Assembly (NCBI GenBank): GCA_910587505.1
Contig: CAJULD010000003.1
Span: 5,370 to 69,369 of the forward strand
Length of the DNA stretch: 64,000 nt
Origin: an uncultured Oscillospiraceae bacterium
GTDB taxonomy: Bacteria; Bacillota; Clostridia; Oscillospirales; Oscillospiraceae
Direction of reading: 5' to 3'
The notes under the pieces were generated by a model. It worked only from the letters and a program-made list of their open reading frames with translations, searched no databases and had not been told where the DNA came from. Of this stretch, positions 33,608-43,305 are shown in pieces. Each line of letters begins with the position of its first letter. The stretch's first letter is position 1. The position numbers and the translations under genes are program-made.

Positions 33608-34225
33608 TTACCGGACAAAATTGGTGCGGCAGGCAGCCTCCTTCACGGGAAGACCGTATTTCTCCCTGGCCAGGGCGACGCCCCGCATGAGGAAGGTCAT
33701 GTTCCGCGCCAGGGTCCGCATACTCTGAAGGCCCTCGCCGTCCTGCGCGGCTTCGCCGGGGAGCGTGCCATGTACGCTGTTCCAGTACTGGCCAGAGGCC
33801 ACGGGCATTCCGGAAATCGTGAAGAATTTGTTCAGCTCGTCGAAGGTGGCGGAGAGGCCGCCCCGCCGGGCGGCCACCACGGCGGCGCCCACCTTCATGG
33901 TCTTATCAAAGGAGGTGCTGTAGAACAGGCGGGCCAGGAAGGCAACCAGGGTTGCGTTGGCGGAGGCGTAATACACCGGGCTGCCCACCACCAGACCGTC
34001 ACAGGCCTGGAACCTGGGCGCGATTTCGTTGACCAGGTCGTCGAAGACGCATTTGCCGGTTTCCCTGCACTTGAGGCAGGCGACGCAACCGCGGATATCC
34101 TTGTTGCCCACATGGACCGTTTCTGTCTCGATTCCTTCCTGGAGGAAGATTCCCTCCATCTCCCGGAGGGCGGCGGCGGTGTTGCCGTTGGGGCGGGGGC
34201 TGCCGTTTAGCATCAGAACTTTCAT
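33608..34225 (-). CDS. Flavodoxin-like fold / NADPH-dependent FMN reductase family protein (iron-sulfur flavoprotein type)
   Basis: MKVLMLNGSPRPNGNT N-terminus; CVACLKCRETGKC cysteine cluster. Confidence 0.75.
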   Translation of the reverse strand: MKVLMLNGSPRPNGNTAAALREMEGIFLQEGIETETVHVGNKDIRGCVACLKCRETGKCVFDDLVNEIAPRFQACDGLVVGSPVYYASANATLVAFLARLFYSTSFDKTMKVGAAVVAARRGGLSATFDELNKFFTISGMPVASGQYWNSVHGTLPGEAAQDGEGLQSMRTLARNMTFLMRGVALAREKYGLPVKEAACRTNFVR

Positions 34226-34391
34226 TTCAGCTGTCCTTTCTATAGAGATGCAGGTATGGAGCGGGAGCCGTTAAACATCCTATGCCGGTATTATAAACAA
34301 ATTCCGGAGAGTTGTAAAGAGGGATGGGCCGGCGTTCCTTTTCAGGAAAGTGTTGCCGGGATATAGCTTCGGCGATTTATATAACAACAAA

Positions 34392-34420
34392 TTGATATAG
34401 CAGGAGCCCTGTGCTATAAT
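34392..34420 (+). promoter_or_regulatory. Near-consensus orphan promoter TTGATA-17-TATAAT
   Basis: Read directly inside the AT-rich spacer. AAGGAGG and an ATG follow 38 nt downstream. Confidence 0.5.
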
Positions 34421-34458
34421 CGGCTCAACAGATCGGTATTTGACAAGGAGGAACCTGT

Positions 34459-34536
34459 ATGAAAAGACAGTTAAAAGGCATTGCTTTTGACCGGTATGCT
34501 TTTGATGACTGGATAGGGCGGCAAACCGTTTTATGA
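34459..34536 (+). CDS. Candidate 25-codon small ORF (MKRQLKGIAFDRYAFDDWIGRQTVL)
   Basis: Strong SD (AAGGAGG, 7-nt spacing) and an upstream consensus promoter. No recognisable family. Could be a gene remnant. Confidence 0.25.
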   Translation: MKRQLKGIAFDRYAFDDWIGRQTVL

Positions 34537-35072
34537 TTTGAGTTTTGGATGGTCTGCGGTATTTGCAATTGTGGGGATGGCGGATGTTGTGATGGCCTTT
34601 ATGCCTGACAAAAAAGACTGACGAATCATAGTTTGCCGGGCGCTTATCCAACGGTGAATGGCTGCCCGCTTTGGATATTTTAACGAATGGTCTGGGGAAC
34701 CCTCTTTCAGCAGCACCAATCTGAAAAGGGAGGGGCCGGTTCTTCGGAACCGGTGCGTTTCCGGACGTTCAGGCTGCTTTTTTGGTGAAAAAGCGGAATA
34801 AAATTGCAGAAAGCCGTGTTTCCGGACTCCTTTGCTGAGGGCGTTGGGAGATGAAACAGCCGCTTATGAAAATCTTTAAAGAAATATGCGGTAAAAATAT
34901 GACCTGCCCTATGGAAACTCCGGAGAAAAAGGTATATACTATAGCAATCATCAGAATTTCTGGCAAAAGCTCAGGGGTACAAAGTGCGCATGGCCGCGTT
35001 GTCGTCCCTGGCGGGCGTCAGCCCGCCTGCGTCCTCCGCCTTGCCCTGCACGCTTTGTCCTCCCCTCCTTTT

Positions 35073-35101
35073 TTGTCATGAATTCTGAAGCTTGCTATAG
35101 T
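35073..35101 (+). promoter_or_regulatory. Putative promoter TTGTCA-17-TATAGT for the M16 peptidase pair
   Basis: Read directly, 42 nt upstream of the ATG at 35144. Confidence 0.45.
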
Positions 35102-35143
35102 ATCCATCTACTCAGCGGAATCGACAAAAGAAGGAGAACCCCC

Positions 35144-36406
35144 ATGTCCCGACAAAAGCTCATGGAAAACGTCTATCTCACCTGTATCCCCTCGGAGAAG
35201 TTCAAGACCGGCTTTCTCAGCGCCCAGATGGCCGCTCCGCTGGAGCAGGCCGCGGCGGGCCGCAACGCCCTGCTGGTGAACGTCCTCAGCCGGGGCACCG
35301 CCCGCCGCCCCGACATGGCCGCCATCAGCCGGGAGCTGGATCTGCTCTACGGCGCGCGGCTGGAGCCCGCGGTGCGGAAAAAAGGAGAAAATCAGCTCTT
35401 TGGCTTCACCGCCAGCTGCATCGACGACCGCTTTCTCCCCCAGGGGGAGAAGCTGCTGGAAAAGCTGACGGACCTGCTGGGCGAATTTTTTTGCAGCCCC
35501 GCCACCCACGGAGGGCGGCTGCTGAACGAATATGTGGAAAGCGAGCGGGAAAATCTGGCCGACCTGATCCGGAGCGACGTCAATGACAAGCGCGCCTATG
35601 CCGCCCGCCGGCTGCTGGAGGAGATGTGCGCCGGGGAGCGCTACGGCGTCAGGCGCATGGGCAGCGCGGAGGACGTGGAGAGAATTTCCCAGCAGCAGCT
35701 GAACCGGCATTACCGGGATATTCTGCCCCAGGGCCGGCTGGAGCTGTTTTACTGTGGCAGCGCGCCGGAAAAGCGGGTGGCCGGCGCGTTCACCCGCGCC
35801 TTTGCCGCCCTGCCCCGGCAGGGCGCGCTGGAGCCCGTCGCCACCCTCCGCCGTCCCGCCAGGGAGCCGGTCCGGGTGGTGACCGAGGAAATGGACGTGG
35901 GGCAGGGAAAACTGTGCATGGGCTTTCGCACGGACAGCGGGGACATGCCGGCAACCATGATGATGAACACCATGTTCGGCGGGGCCACCACCTCCAGGCT
36001 GTTTGTCAACATGCGGGAAAAGATGTCCCTGTGTTACTACGCGGGCAGCGCCTACCACCGGCTGAAGGGGCTGATTACCGTATCCTCCGGCATCGATTTT
36101 GCCAACTATGACCGGGCGGTGGAGGAGATTTTCCGGCAGCTGGAGGCCCTGCGGCAGGGCGAATGGGAAGAGTGGGAGCTGGAGGGGGCGCGGCAGTCCC
36201 TGCTCAGCAGCCTGCGCTCCATTGAGGACTCCGCCGGCGCGCTGGAGGACTATGTCATGGGACAGGCCGCCTCCGGCGGCGGAGAGACGATTCCCGAGCT
36301 GATTGCCGCTGTTCTGGCCGTCACGCCGGAGCGTATCCGGGAGGCCGCGGCGGCGGTAAAGCCGGACACCATTTATTTCCTGAAGGGAAAGGAGGCGCGG
36401 GCATGA
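35144..36406 (+). CDS. M16 (pitrilysin) family protein, non-catalytic subunit type
   Basis: M16 fold length and composition but no HxxEH motif. 4-nt overlap with the catalytic paralogue. Start at ATG 35144 with AAGGAGA. Confidence 0.7.
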   Translation: MSRQKLMENVYLTCIPSEKFKTGFLSAQMAAPLEQAAAGRNALLVNVLSRGTARRPDMAAISRELDLLYGARLEPAVRKKGENQLFGFTASCIDDRFLPQGEKLLEKLTDLLGEFFCSPATHGGRLLNEYVESERENLADLIRSDVNDKRAYAARRLLEEMCAGERYGVRRMGSAEDVERISQQQLNRHYRDILPQGRLELFYCGSAPEKRVAGAFTRAFAALPRQGALEPVATLRRPAREPVRVVTEEMDVGQGKLCMGFRTDSGDMPATMMMNTMFGGATTSRLFVNMREKMSLCYYAGSAYHRLKGLITVSSGIDFANYDRAVEEIFRQLEALRQGEWEEWELEGARQSLLSSLRSIEDSAGALEDYVMGQAASGGGETIPELIAAVLAVTPERIREAAAAVKPDTIYFLKGKEARA

Positions 36407-37686
36407 GGACCACGGAATATCCCCGGCTGGGAGAAAAAGTGTTCCGCACGCACCTGTCCAACGGACTGGAGGTTGTGACGGTCAGCAAGCCCTTTCACGC
36501 CAGAAGCTACGCCTTTTTCGCCGCCCGCTACGGCGGCATGGATCTGCGCTTCCGGCTGGACGGCCGGTGGCGGGACACGCCCGCCGGCATCGCCCACTTC
36601 CTGGAGCACAAAATGTTCGACATGGAGACGGAAAACGTCATGCAGTCCTTCGCCCGGAACGGCGCGTCGGACAACGCCTTCACCAGCAACGCCGTCACCG
36701 CATACTACTTCACCTCCACCGGAAATTTTTATGAAAATCTCCGTACCCTGCTCCGCTTTGTCTCCACCCCTTATTTCACCCCGGAGAGCGTGGAGAAGGA
36801 ACAGGGCATCATTGCGCAGGAAATCCGGGAGACGGAGGATGACCCGGACTGGCGGGTATATGCCAATCTGATGGAATGCCTCTACCGGGACAGCCCGGCG
36901 CGGATTCCGGTGGCGGGATCGGTGGAGAGCATCCGGCAGATCACATCTCAGGTTCTCTACGACTGCCATAAGGCCTTTTATACCCCCTCCAACATGGTGC
37001 TCATCTGCGTGGGAAACATGGACCCGGAGCGGGTGGTCCTGGAGGCGGAGGCCATTCTGCCCGGAGAGGGCGGACCCGCCATCGAGAGGGACTATGGCCA
37101 GGAGAAGAACCTCACACCCGCCGGACGGGAACGGGAGCAGGAAATGGCGGTCTCCATGCCCATGTTTCTGGCAGGCTATAAATGTCCCCCGCCCGGCGAC
37201 GGGGAAGCCATGCTGCGGCAGAGCATCATCGGCGATCTGGCCTGCGACGCCCTGTTCGGGGACAGCAGCCCGCTGTACACCCGCCTCTATGAGCAGGGGG
37301 CCATCAACAGCAGCCTGGGGGGAAACTTCGACATGCTGCCCGGCGTGTCCTATGTGTACGTGGGAGGCGACGTGAAGGACCCCCGCCGGGTGTTCGATGA
37401 GATCACCAGGCAGGCCCGGCGTCTGGGCCAGGAGGGCATCGACGGGGACTTCTACCGGCAGATCCGCCGGGCCGCCTACGGCGGGATGCTCCGCAGTCTC
37501 AATTCCTTTGAGAACATCGCCGTCAGCATGGCGGAGGGGTATTTCCGGGGCTTCGATTACTACCGCTTCCCGGAGGTCTTCGACGCCGTCACAAAGGAGG
37601 ACGTGGAGGCCTTCCTCCGGGAGAATATCGCCCCGGAGCGGGCAGCTCTGTCCCTGATCCGGCCAAAAGAACCCGCTTTTTCCTGA
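36403..37686 (+). CDS. M16 family zinc peptidase (catalytic subunit)
   Basis: Inverted zinc motif HFLEH (GIAHFLEHKMF). Confidence 0.8.
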   Translation: MRTTEYPRLGEKVFRTHLSNGLEVVTVSKPFHARSYAFFAARYGGMDLRFRLDGRWRDTPAGIAHFLEHKMFDMETENVMQSFARNGASDNAFTSNAVTAYYFTSTGNFYENLRTLLRFVSTPYFTPESVEKEQGIIAQEIRETEDDPDWRVYANLMECLYRDSPARIPVAGSVESIRQITSQVLYDCHKAFYTPSNMVLICVGNMDPERVVLEAEAILPGEGGPAIERDYGQEKNLTPAGREREQEMAVSMPMFLAGYKCPPPGDGEAMLRQSIIGDLACDALFGDSSPLYTRLYEQGAINSSLGGNFDMLPGVSYVYVGGDVKDPRRVFDEITRQARRLGQEGIDGDFYRQIRRAAYGGMLRSLNSFENIAVSMAEGYFRGFDYYRFPEVFDAVTKEDVEAFLRENIAPERAALSLIRPKEPAFS

Positions 37687-37785
37687 AAGAAAAGGGAAGC
37701 GGAAAGAACTTTGGAAAGAGACGGCCGCCGCCCTGCAGAAGCTTTGCTGCTTCGGCGGCGGAACAACTCATAAAACACGCTTTTC

Positions 37786-38757
37786 ATGGGGGATAACATC
37801 ACTATGTACGAATACGCAAGAACCGATATGCCCATCAGCTTTCCCGGCCTGTTCGGGGACTGGTCCGTCAATCCTTCTCCCGTTGCCATTCCCATCGGCA
37901 ACGGGGTGCGCTGGTACGGGATCATCATCTGCGCGGGACTGATTCTGGCCGTGCTGTTCTGCTGCCGGCAGGGGAAGAAGTACGGCATTACCGAGGACAA
38001 TATCTATGACATGATGATCTGGCAGATCCCGCTGTGCATCATCGGCGCGAGACTTTATTATGTGCTGTTCTATCTGGACCTGTACCGCACGGCGGACGGG
38101 GGATTCAACTGGGGCAAAATGGCCGCCATCTGGGATGGCGGACTGGCCATTTACGGGGCGGTCATCACGGCGTTTATTGTGCTGCTGATTTTCTGCCGGA
38201 AGAAAAAGCTGTCCTTCGGCGCTTTCGCGGACCTGGGCGTCATGGGGCTGCTGATCGGGCAGGCGGTGGGCCGCTGGGGCAACTTCGTCAACCGGGAAGT
38301 CTTCGGCGGGGAGACCACCCTTCCCTGGCGGATGCGGGTGTGGGTGACGGACTCCCGGTTCATTGAGGTCCACCCCACCTTCCTGTATGAGAGCCTGTGG
38401 AACCTGGTGGGGCTGGCGCTGATTGTGTTCGTCATCTCCAGGATCCGGACCTTCGACGGGGAGAACACCTGCTTCTACTTTATCTGGTACGGGCTGGGAC
38501 GGGCGTGGATCGAGGGCGTGCGGACCGACACCCTGAAGCTCTTCGGCTGGGAGCTGTTTGGCCGGCCCATTCTGGTCAGCCAGCTGCTGAGCGTCATTCT
38601 GGTGATTGCCGGAGCGGCGGTGCTTCTCATCAATAAGCGGAAGCATCCCCGCGGACAGGAGAATCTGTTCGTCAACCGGCAGGCGGCGCTGAAGGCCGCG
38701 GAGGAGGTGGAAAGCGCCGCCCCCTCCGCTCCGGAGCAGGACGGGGACGGGCTCTGA
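37786..38757 (+). CDS. lgt: Prolipoprotein diacylglyceryl transferase
   Basis: WYGIIICAG, GLAIYGAVI, GQAVGRWGNFVNREVFG motifs. Start uncertain (alternatives at 37804 and 37828). Confidence 0.85.
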   Translation: MGDNITMYEYARTDMPISFPGLFGDWSVNPSPVAIPIGNGVRWYGIIICAGLILAVLFCCRQGKKYGITEDNIYDMMIWQIPLCIIGARLYYVLFYLDLYRTADGGFNWGKMAAIWDGGLAIYGAVITAFIVLLIFCRKKKLSFGAFADLGVMGLLIGQAVGRWGNFVNREVFGGETTLPWRMRVWVTDSRFIEVHPTFLYESLWNLVGLALIVFVISRIRTFDGENTCFYFIWYGLGRAWIEGVRTDTLKLFGWELFGRPILVSQLLSVILVIAGAAVLLINKRKHPRGQENLFVNRQAALKAAEEVESAAPSAPEQDGDGL

Positions 38758-38901
38758 TATGTCCATAAGCTTTCTTAAAGTTCCTTTTGATTCTTTTCCC
38801 ATGCAGCGCCCGCGAAGCGGGCACTGGCAGCCCAGGCTGCCCGCAGGGCAGCGCAGTGGTTTCAGGGAAAAGAATGTCTGCCTGAAATGGAGGGAGTACA
38901 T

Positions 38902-39600
38902 ATGACAGCAAAGAAAGGCGTTCTGTATGGCGTGGGCGTGGGGCCGGGAGATCCGGAGCTGCTGACCCTGAAGGCGCAGAGAATCCTTCGGGAGGCGGAC
39001 GTAATCGCCGTCCCCGACAAGGGCGCGGGAGAGAAGACCGCCCTGACCATTATCGGCCCCCTGGCGGAGGGGAAGACGCTGCTCTACTGCGCCGCGCCCA
39101 TGACCAGGGACCCGGCGCGGCTGGAGGCGGCCTATGAGGAGAACGCCCGGCGGATTGCCGGAGTACTGGACGAGGGGAAGACGGTGGCGTTCATCACGCT
39201 GGGGGACCCGTCGATTTACTCCACCTGTCTGTATACCCACCGGCGGGTGGCGGCCATGGGGTATGAGGCGAAGATCATCCCCGGCGTGCCCTCCTTCTGC
39301 GCGGTGGCGGCGGCGCTGGGGGAGGGACTGTGCGAGGGCAGCGACCGGCTGCTGATTGTGCCCGCCTCCCACCGGGATCTGACCGGCTGCCTGGAGGTGG
39401 ACGCCAATTACGTATTTATGAAGGCCGGCCGGGAGCTGGGCGCGTTGCGGGAGACCCTGGACCGCCGGGGCCTGCTGGACCGGGCGGCCATGGTGGAGAA
39501 CTGCGGCATGGCTTCGGAGCGGGTCTATCCCCGGTTTGCCGACGCCCCGGTGGACAGCGGCTACTTCTCCGTAGTGGTGGTCAAACGGGATGGCGAATAA
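38902..39600 (+). CDS. cbiL: Precorrin-2 / cobalt-factor II C20-methyltransferase
   Basis: LYGVGVGPGDPELLTLKA, ITLGDPSIYST. ATG 38902 preferred (GGAGGGA RBS). Confidence 0.8.
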   Translation: MTAKKGVLYGVGVGPGDPELLTLKAQRILREADVIAVPDKGAGEKTALTIIGPLAEGKTLLYCAAPMTRDPARLEAAYEENARRIAGVLDEGKTVAFITLGDPSIYSTCLYTHRRVAAMGYEAKIIPGVPSFCAVAAALGEGLCEGSDRLLIVPASHRDLTGCLEVDANYVFMKAGRELGALRETLDRRGLLDRAAMVENCGMASERVYPRFADAPVDSGYFSVVVVKRDGE

Positions 39601-40042
39601 GCGCTTTCCTCTGTTCGTGGACCTGACGGGGAAAAGAGCCGTGGTCGTGGGCGGCGGAACGGTGGGCCTGCGGCGGGCGGAGGCCCTGGCCCGGTTCGGG
39701 GCGGAGGTCACGGTGATCTCTCCCGTTTTGTCCCGGCGGGCGGAGGGAATATGCCATGTGGCCCGGCCCTATGCCGCCGGGGACCTGCGCGGCGCGTATC
39801 TGGCCGTGGCCGCCGCGGATGATCCGGCGGTCAACGGGACCGTAGGCCGGGAGGCCAGGCGGCTGGGGGTCCTCTTCAACCGCTCGGACTGCCCGGCGGA
39901 CTGCGACTTTTTTTTCCCCGCCCTGTGCGAAGGGGACGGCATGGTGGCCGGACTGGCGGGAGACGGCACGGACCACGGAAGAACCGCCCGGACGGCGAAG
40001 ATAATCCGGAAAATTCTGAATAACAGCGAGGACGACGCATGA
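39590..40042 (+). CDS. Precorrin-2 dehydrogenase (SirC/CysG N-terminal domain-like)
   Basis: FPLFVDLTGKRAVVVGGGTVGLRRAEAL Rossmann motif. Overlaps neighbours on both sides. Confidence 0.75.
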   Translation: MANKRFPLFVDLTGKRAVVVGGGTVGLRRAEALARFGAEVTVISPVLSRRAEGICHVARPYAAGDLRGAYLAVAAADDPAVNGTVGREARRLGVLFNRSDCPADCDFFFPALCEGDGMVAGLAGDGTDHGRTARTAKIIRKILNNSEDDA

Positions 40043-40929
40043 AGCTGCGCATTGGAAGCAGAGACAGTCAACTGGCGGTCATCCAGTCCCGGCTGGTGAT
40101 GGACCGGCTGCGTGAGGCTCACCCCGATTGGGAGCTGGAACTGATCACCATGAAGACCACCGGGGACCGGATATTGGACCGCCCCCTGGAGCAGGTGGGA
40201 GGCAAGGGCCTTTTTGTGAAGGAGCTGGACGCTGCCCTGCGGGAAGGGCGGGTGGACCTGACGGTTCACAGCTGCAAGGACCTGCCCATGGACCTGCCGG
40301 AGGACCTGCCGCTGGCGGCCTTCCTGCCTCGGGAGGACCCGCGGGACGCGCTGGTGCTGCCGGAGGGAACCTCCGTGTGGGACCGGACGAAGCCTATTGG
40401 CAGTGCCAGCCCCCGCAGGCGGCTGCAATTGCGGGCGCTGTTTCCGGAGGTGGAGGTCCGCACCGTCCGGGGCAATGTGCTTACCCGGCTCCGCAAGCTG
40501 GAGACCGGCGAGTACGGCGCGCTGGTGCTGGCGGCGGCGGGGCTGAAGCGGTTGGGACTGGGGGAGCGGATCAGCCGGTATTTTTCCGCGGAGGAGCTGC
40601 TGCCCGCCGCCGGGCAGGGGATTCTGGCCGTCCAGTGCCGCGGGGACATGGACCGGACGGCGCTGGAGTGCCTCCGGGATGAGGAGGCGGAGCGCTGCGC
40701 TCTGGCGGAGCGGGCCTTCGTCAGGGCGCTGGGCGGCGGGTGCTCCTCGCCGGCGGCGGCCCATGCCGCGGCGGCGGAGGGCCGCATAGTCATCACCGGA
40801 ATCTGCGTGGACGAAAATGAAGCGCTCCACAGGGGGACGGTCTCCGGCCCTCTGCCGGACGGGACCGGGCTGGCGGCGGCGCTGGCGGAGCAATTGCAGA
40901 AGGAGGGCGGACTGTGGCAGGAAAGGTGA
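40039..40929 (+). CDS. hemC: Hydroxymethylbilane synthase (porphobilinogen deaminase)
   Basis: LRIGSRDSQLAVIQ, TTGDRILD, GKGLFVKELD, GGCSSP. Confidence 0.9.
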   Translation: MKLRIGSRDSQLAVIQSRLVMDRLREAHPDWELELITMKTTGDRILDRPLEQVGGKGLFVKELDAALREGRVDLTVHSCKDLPMDLPEDLPLAAFLPREDPRDALVLPEGTSVWDRTKPIGSASPRRRLQLRALFPEVEVRTVRGNVLTRLRKLETGEYGALVLAAAGLKRLGLGERISRYFSAEELLPAAGQGILAVQCRGDMDRTALECLRDEEAERCALAERAFVRALGGGCSSPAAAHAAAAEGRIVITGICVDENEALHRGTVSGPLPDGTGLAAALAEQLQKEGGLWQER

Positions 40930-42422
40930 CACTGGTAGGGGCGGGGCCCGGTGATCCGGGGCTGCTGACCGTCAAGGGGCTCCGCGCCCTCCTGGGGGCG
41001 GAGGTGGTGGTTTATGACCGGCTGGTGAGTCCCGCCGTGCTGGAATTGATTCCGGACGGCGCCCGGCGGATCGATGTGGGCAAGGAGGCCAGCCATCATC
41101 CGGTGCCCCAGGCGCGGATCAATCAGATCCTGCTGGAGGAGTCCCAGGCGGGGCATAACGTCGTGCGGCTGAAGGGCGGGGACCCCTTTGTCTTCGGCCG
41201 GGGCGGCGAGGAACTGGAGACCCTGGCGCGGGCGGGGGTGGCCTTCTCGGAGATTCCCGGCGTGACCTCCGCCATTGGGGCGGCAGCCTACGGGGGCGTC
41301 CCGGTGACTCACCGGGACTATGCATCCTCTCTGCACATCATTACCGGCCACGCCCGGGAGGGCGCGGCGCTGGACATCGACTTTGAGGCCCTGGTGCGGA
41401 CGAAGGGGACGCTGGTGTTCCTCATGGGCGTGACGGCCATGCCCGCCATTGTGAAGGGGCTGCTGGCGGCGGGAATGGACCCGGCCACTCCTGCCGCCAT
41501 GGTGGAACGGGGAACCCTCCCCGGCCAGCGGCGGTGCGGCGCGGCGCTGGCCGCCCTTCCGGCGCGGGCTGCGGAGATGGAGATTCACAGTCCCGCGCTG
41601 ATTATCGTGGGGAGCGTGTGCGCCCTGGCGGAGGAGCTGTGCTGGTTTGAAAGACTGCCCCTCCACGGCAGGCGGATTCTGGTTACCCGGCCCAGGGAGC
41701 GGGCGGGGACGCTGTCGGACGCTCTGCGGGAGCAGGGCGCGGAGGTGGTGGAATTCCCCTGTATCCGCACGGAGCCCATTCTCCCCTGCCCCGCCATGGA
41801 ACGGGCGCTGGAGCAGCTTGCGGATTACGAATGGCTGGGATTTACCGGCGCGGCGGGAGTGGAGGCGTTCTGGTCCTGTCTGCGGGGCATGGGGAGAGAC
41901 GCGCGGGCTCTGGGGAATGTAAAGCTGGCGGCCATCGGCTCCGCCACCGGGAAGGCACTGGAGGCCCGCGGCCTGACTGCCGATCTCATTCCGGAGATCT
42001 GCGACGGGGCTCACATGGGAGCGGCGCTGGCGAAAAAAGCGGCGGGGCGCGTCCTGCTGCTGCGGGCGGAGGAGGGCTCCCCGGCCCTGCCGGACGCGCT
42101 GGCGGCGGCGGGAATCGCCTTTGACGACATCCCGGTCTACCGCACAATCCATGACAATTCCCGCGCCCGGGAGCTCCGGACGGAGCTGGAGGCGGGGCGG
42201 TTCGACTACGTGACCTTCACCTCCGCCTCAACGGTCAGGGGCTTCGTCTCCGCCGTGGGCCCGGATGCGGACTTCAGCCGCTTTCTGGGGCTGTGTATCG
42301 GACCGCAGACCGCGAAAGAGGCGGAAAAACGCGGCATCCGGGTGCGGATCGGAGGGAGAGCGGCGATTGACGCGCTGGTGGAGCTGGCGGAAAATCTGTC
42401 CGCCGGGGAACAGGACCTATGA
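40914..42422 (+). CDS. cobA: Fused uroporphyrinogen-III C-methyltransferase / uroporphyrinogen-III synthase
   Basis: N-terminal VTLVGAGPGDPGLLTVKG SUMT domain plus C-terminal HemD-like domain. GTG start 6 nt after AGGAGG. 16-nt overlap with hemC. Confidence 0.85.
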   Translation: MAGKVTLVGAGPGDPGLLTVKGLRALLGAEVVVYDRLVSPAVLELIPDGARRIDVGKEASHHPVPQARINQILLEESQAGHNVVRLKGGDPFVFGRGGEELETLARAGVAFSEIPGVTSAIGAAAYGGVPVTHRDYASSLHIITGHAREGAALDIDFEALVRTKGTLVFLMGVTAMPAIVKGLLAAGMDPATPAAMVERGTLPGQRRCGAALAALPARAAEMEIHSPALIIVGSVCALAEELCWFERLPLHGRRILVTRPRERAGTLSDALREQGAEVVEFPCIRTEPILPCPAMERALEQLADYEWLGFTGAAGVEAFWSCLRGMGRDARALGNVKLAAIGSATGKALEARGLTADLIPEICDGAHMGAALAKKAAGRVLLLRAEEGSPALPDALAAAGIAFDDIPVYRTIHDNSRARELRTELEAGRFDYVTFTSASTVRGFVSAVGPDADFSRFLGLCIGPQTAKEAEKRGIRVRIGGRAAIDALVELAENLSAGEQDL

Positions 42423-42838
42423 TTGATTTACGGAACAGGGACTACTGTCCCTCGCTGGATGAGATAGGGACATATATCAGAAACCCGGTCTTTCAGCAGT
42501 TCTGCGCAGAGCTGACGGAGACCTGGGCCTGCAGGGAAAAGATCGAATACAGCGGTTGCAGTATGGAGCGGGGCTGGAACGTCAAATTCAAAAAATCCGG
42601 GAGATCGCTGTGTACCGTCTATCCCCGGGAGCAGTATTTCACGGTGCTGCTGGTGGTTGGCCGGAAGGAGAAGGAGGCGGTGGAAGCCGCCCTTCCCGGC
42701 TGTGCCGCCGCCCTGCGGGAGATTTACGGGCGGACAGGGGAGGGCAACGGCCAGCGGTGGCTGATGATCGATCTGGAGGACCGGGACCAGTTGTACCGGG
42801 ATGTGTTCCGGCTCATTGCCATCCGGGCGGCCAGATGA
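42419..42838 (+). CDS. Hypothetical protein (DUF3788-like) embedded in the tetrapyrrole operon
   Basis: 139-aa soluble ORF. ATGA overlaps at both ends. The family assignment is from memory only. Confidence 0.45.
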   Translation: MIDLRNRDYCPSLDEIGTYIRNPVFQQFCAELTETWACREKIEYSGCSMERGWNVKFKKSGRSLCTVYPREQYFTVLLVVGRKEKEAVEAALPGCAAALREIYGRTGEGNGQRWLMIDLEDRDQLYRDVFRLIAIRAAR

Positions 42839-43305
42839 AAAAGTACAGGCTCGCCTTTGATCCCTGGGGGTTGCTGCTGTTCCTGCTGATGATGCTCCCC
42901 TGCTTCGTCTGGTTCAACCTCCCTGCCCCCAATGACATTCTGCGGGGAGAGTCCGCCACCCCTGTGCTGGACGGGATCGCCTCCGTCTGCCAGGTCCTGT
43001 TCGTCGCGGCGCTCTGCCTGGTGATGCGCAGCGGGCGGGAGAGGCTGCGGTTCACGCCGTTGATCCGGGGCTGCATTGTCTGTATGCTGCTCTATTACCT
43101 CGGCTGGGTCCTCTACTATGGGGGAAGCATCCGTCCGGCAGTAATCCTGCTGCTGACGGTCCCGCCGTGTCTGAGCTTCCTCTTTTATGGGCTGAACAGA
43201 AAAAATTACATTGCGGTCGTTCTTATAGTGATTTTCACAGCCTGTCATCTGCTTTATGGCATGATAAATTTTATAATGTGCGGAGGATTTTTATGGAACT
43301 CGTAA
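42835..43305 (+). CDS. Hypothetical integral membrane protein (about 4 TM)
   Basis: MKKYRLAFDPWGLLLFLLMMLPCFVWF... Start overlaps the upstream stop (ATGA). The 3' end overlaps the hemB start by 13 nt. Confidence 0.5.
   Translation: MKKYRLAFDPWGLLLFLLMMLPCFVWFNLPAPNDILRGESATPVLDGIASVCQVLFVAALCLVMRSGRERLRFTPLIRGCIVCMLLYYLGWVLYYGGSIRPAVILLLTVPPCLSFLFYGLNRKNYIAVVLIVIFTACHLLYGMINFIMCGGFLWNS

Noticed and set aside
34280-34966. Minus-strand ORFs 34280-34651, 34531-34719 and 34769-34966 in the AT-rich spacer.
   Set aside because: They have no RBS and their composition is basic and low-complexity (Lys/Arg/His/Phe). They overlap the better-supported plus-strand promoter and small ORF and are probably random ORFs in AT-rich DNA.
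38758-38901. A possible cobalamin riboswitch in the leader of the cbiL-hem operon.
   Set aside because: The leader is only about 144 nt. I could not find a B12-box-like core or the usual multi-stem architecture, only three short 6-bp hairpins. A covariance-model scan would be decisive.
37768-42152. Long minus-strand ORFs (37768-39711, 39769-40932, 40266-42152) antisense to lgt and the tetrapyrrole operon.
   Set aside because: The sense strand encodes textbook Lgt, CbiL, HemC and CobA-HemD motifs. The antisense translations are Arg/Pro/Gly-rich with no domains.
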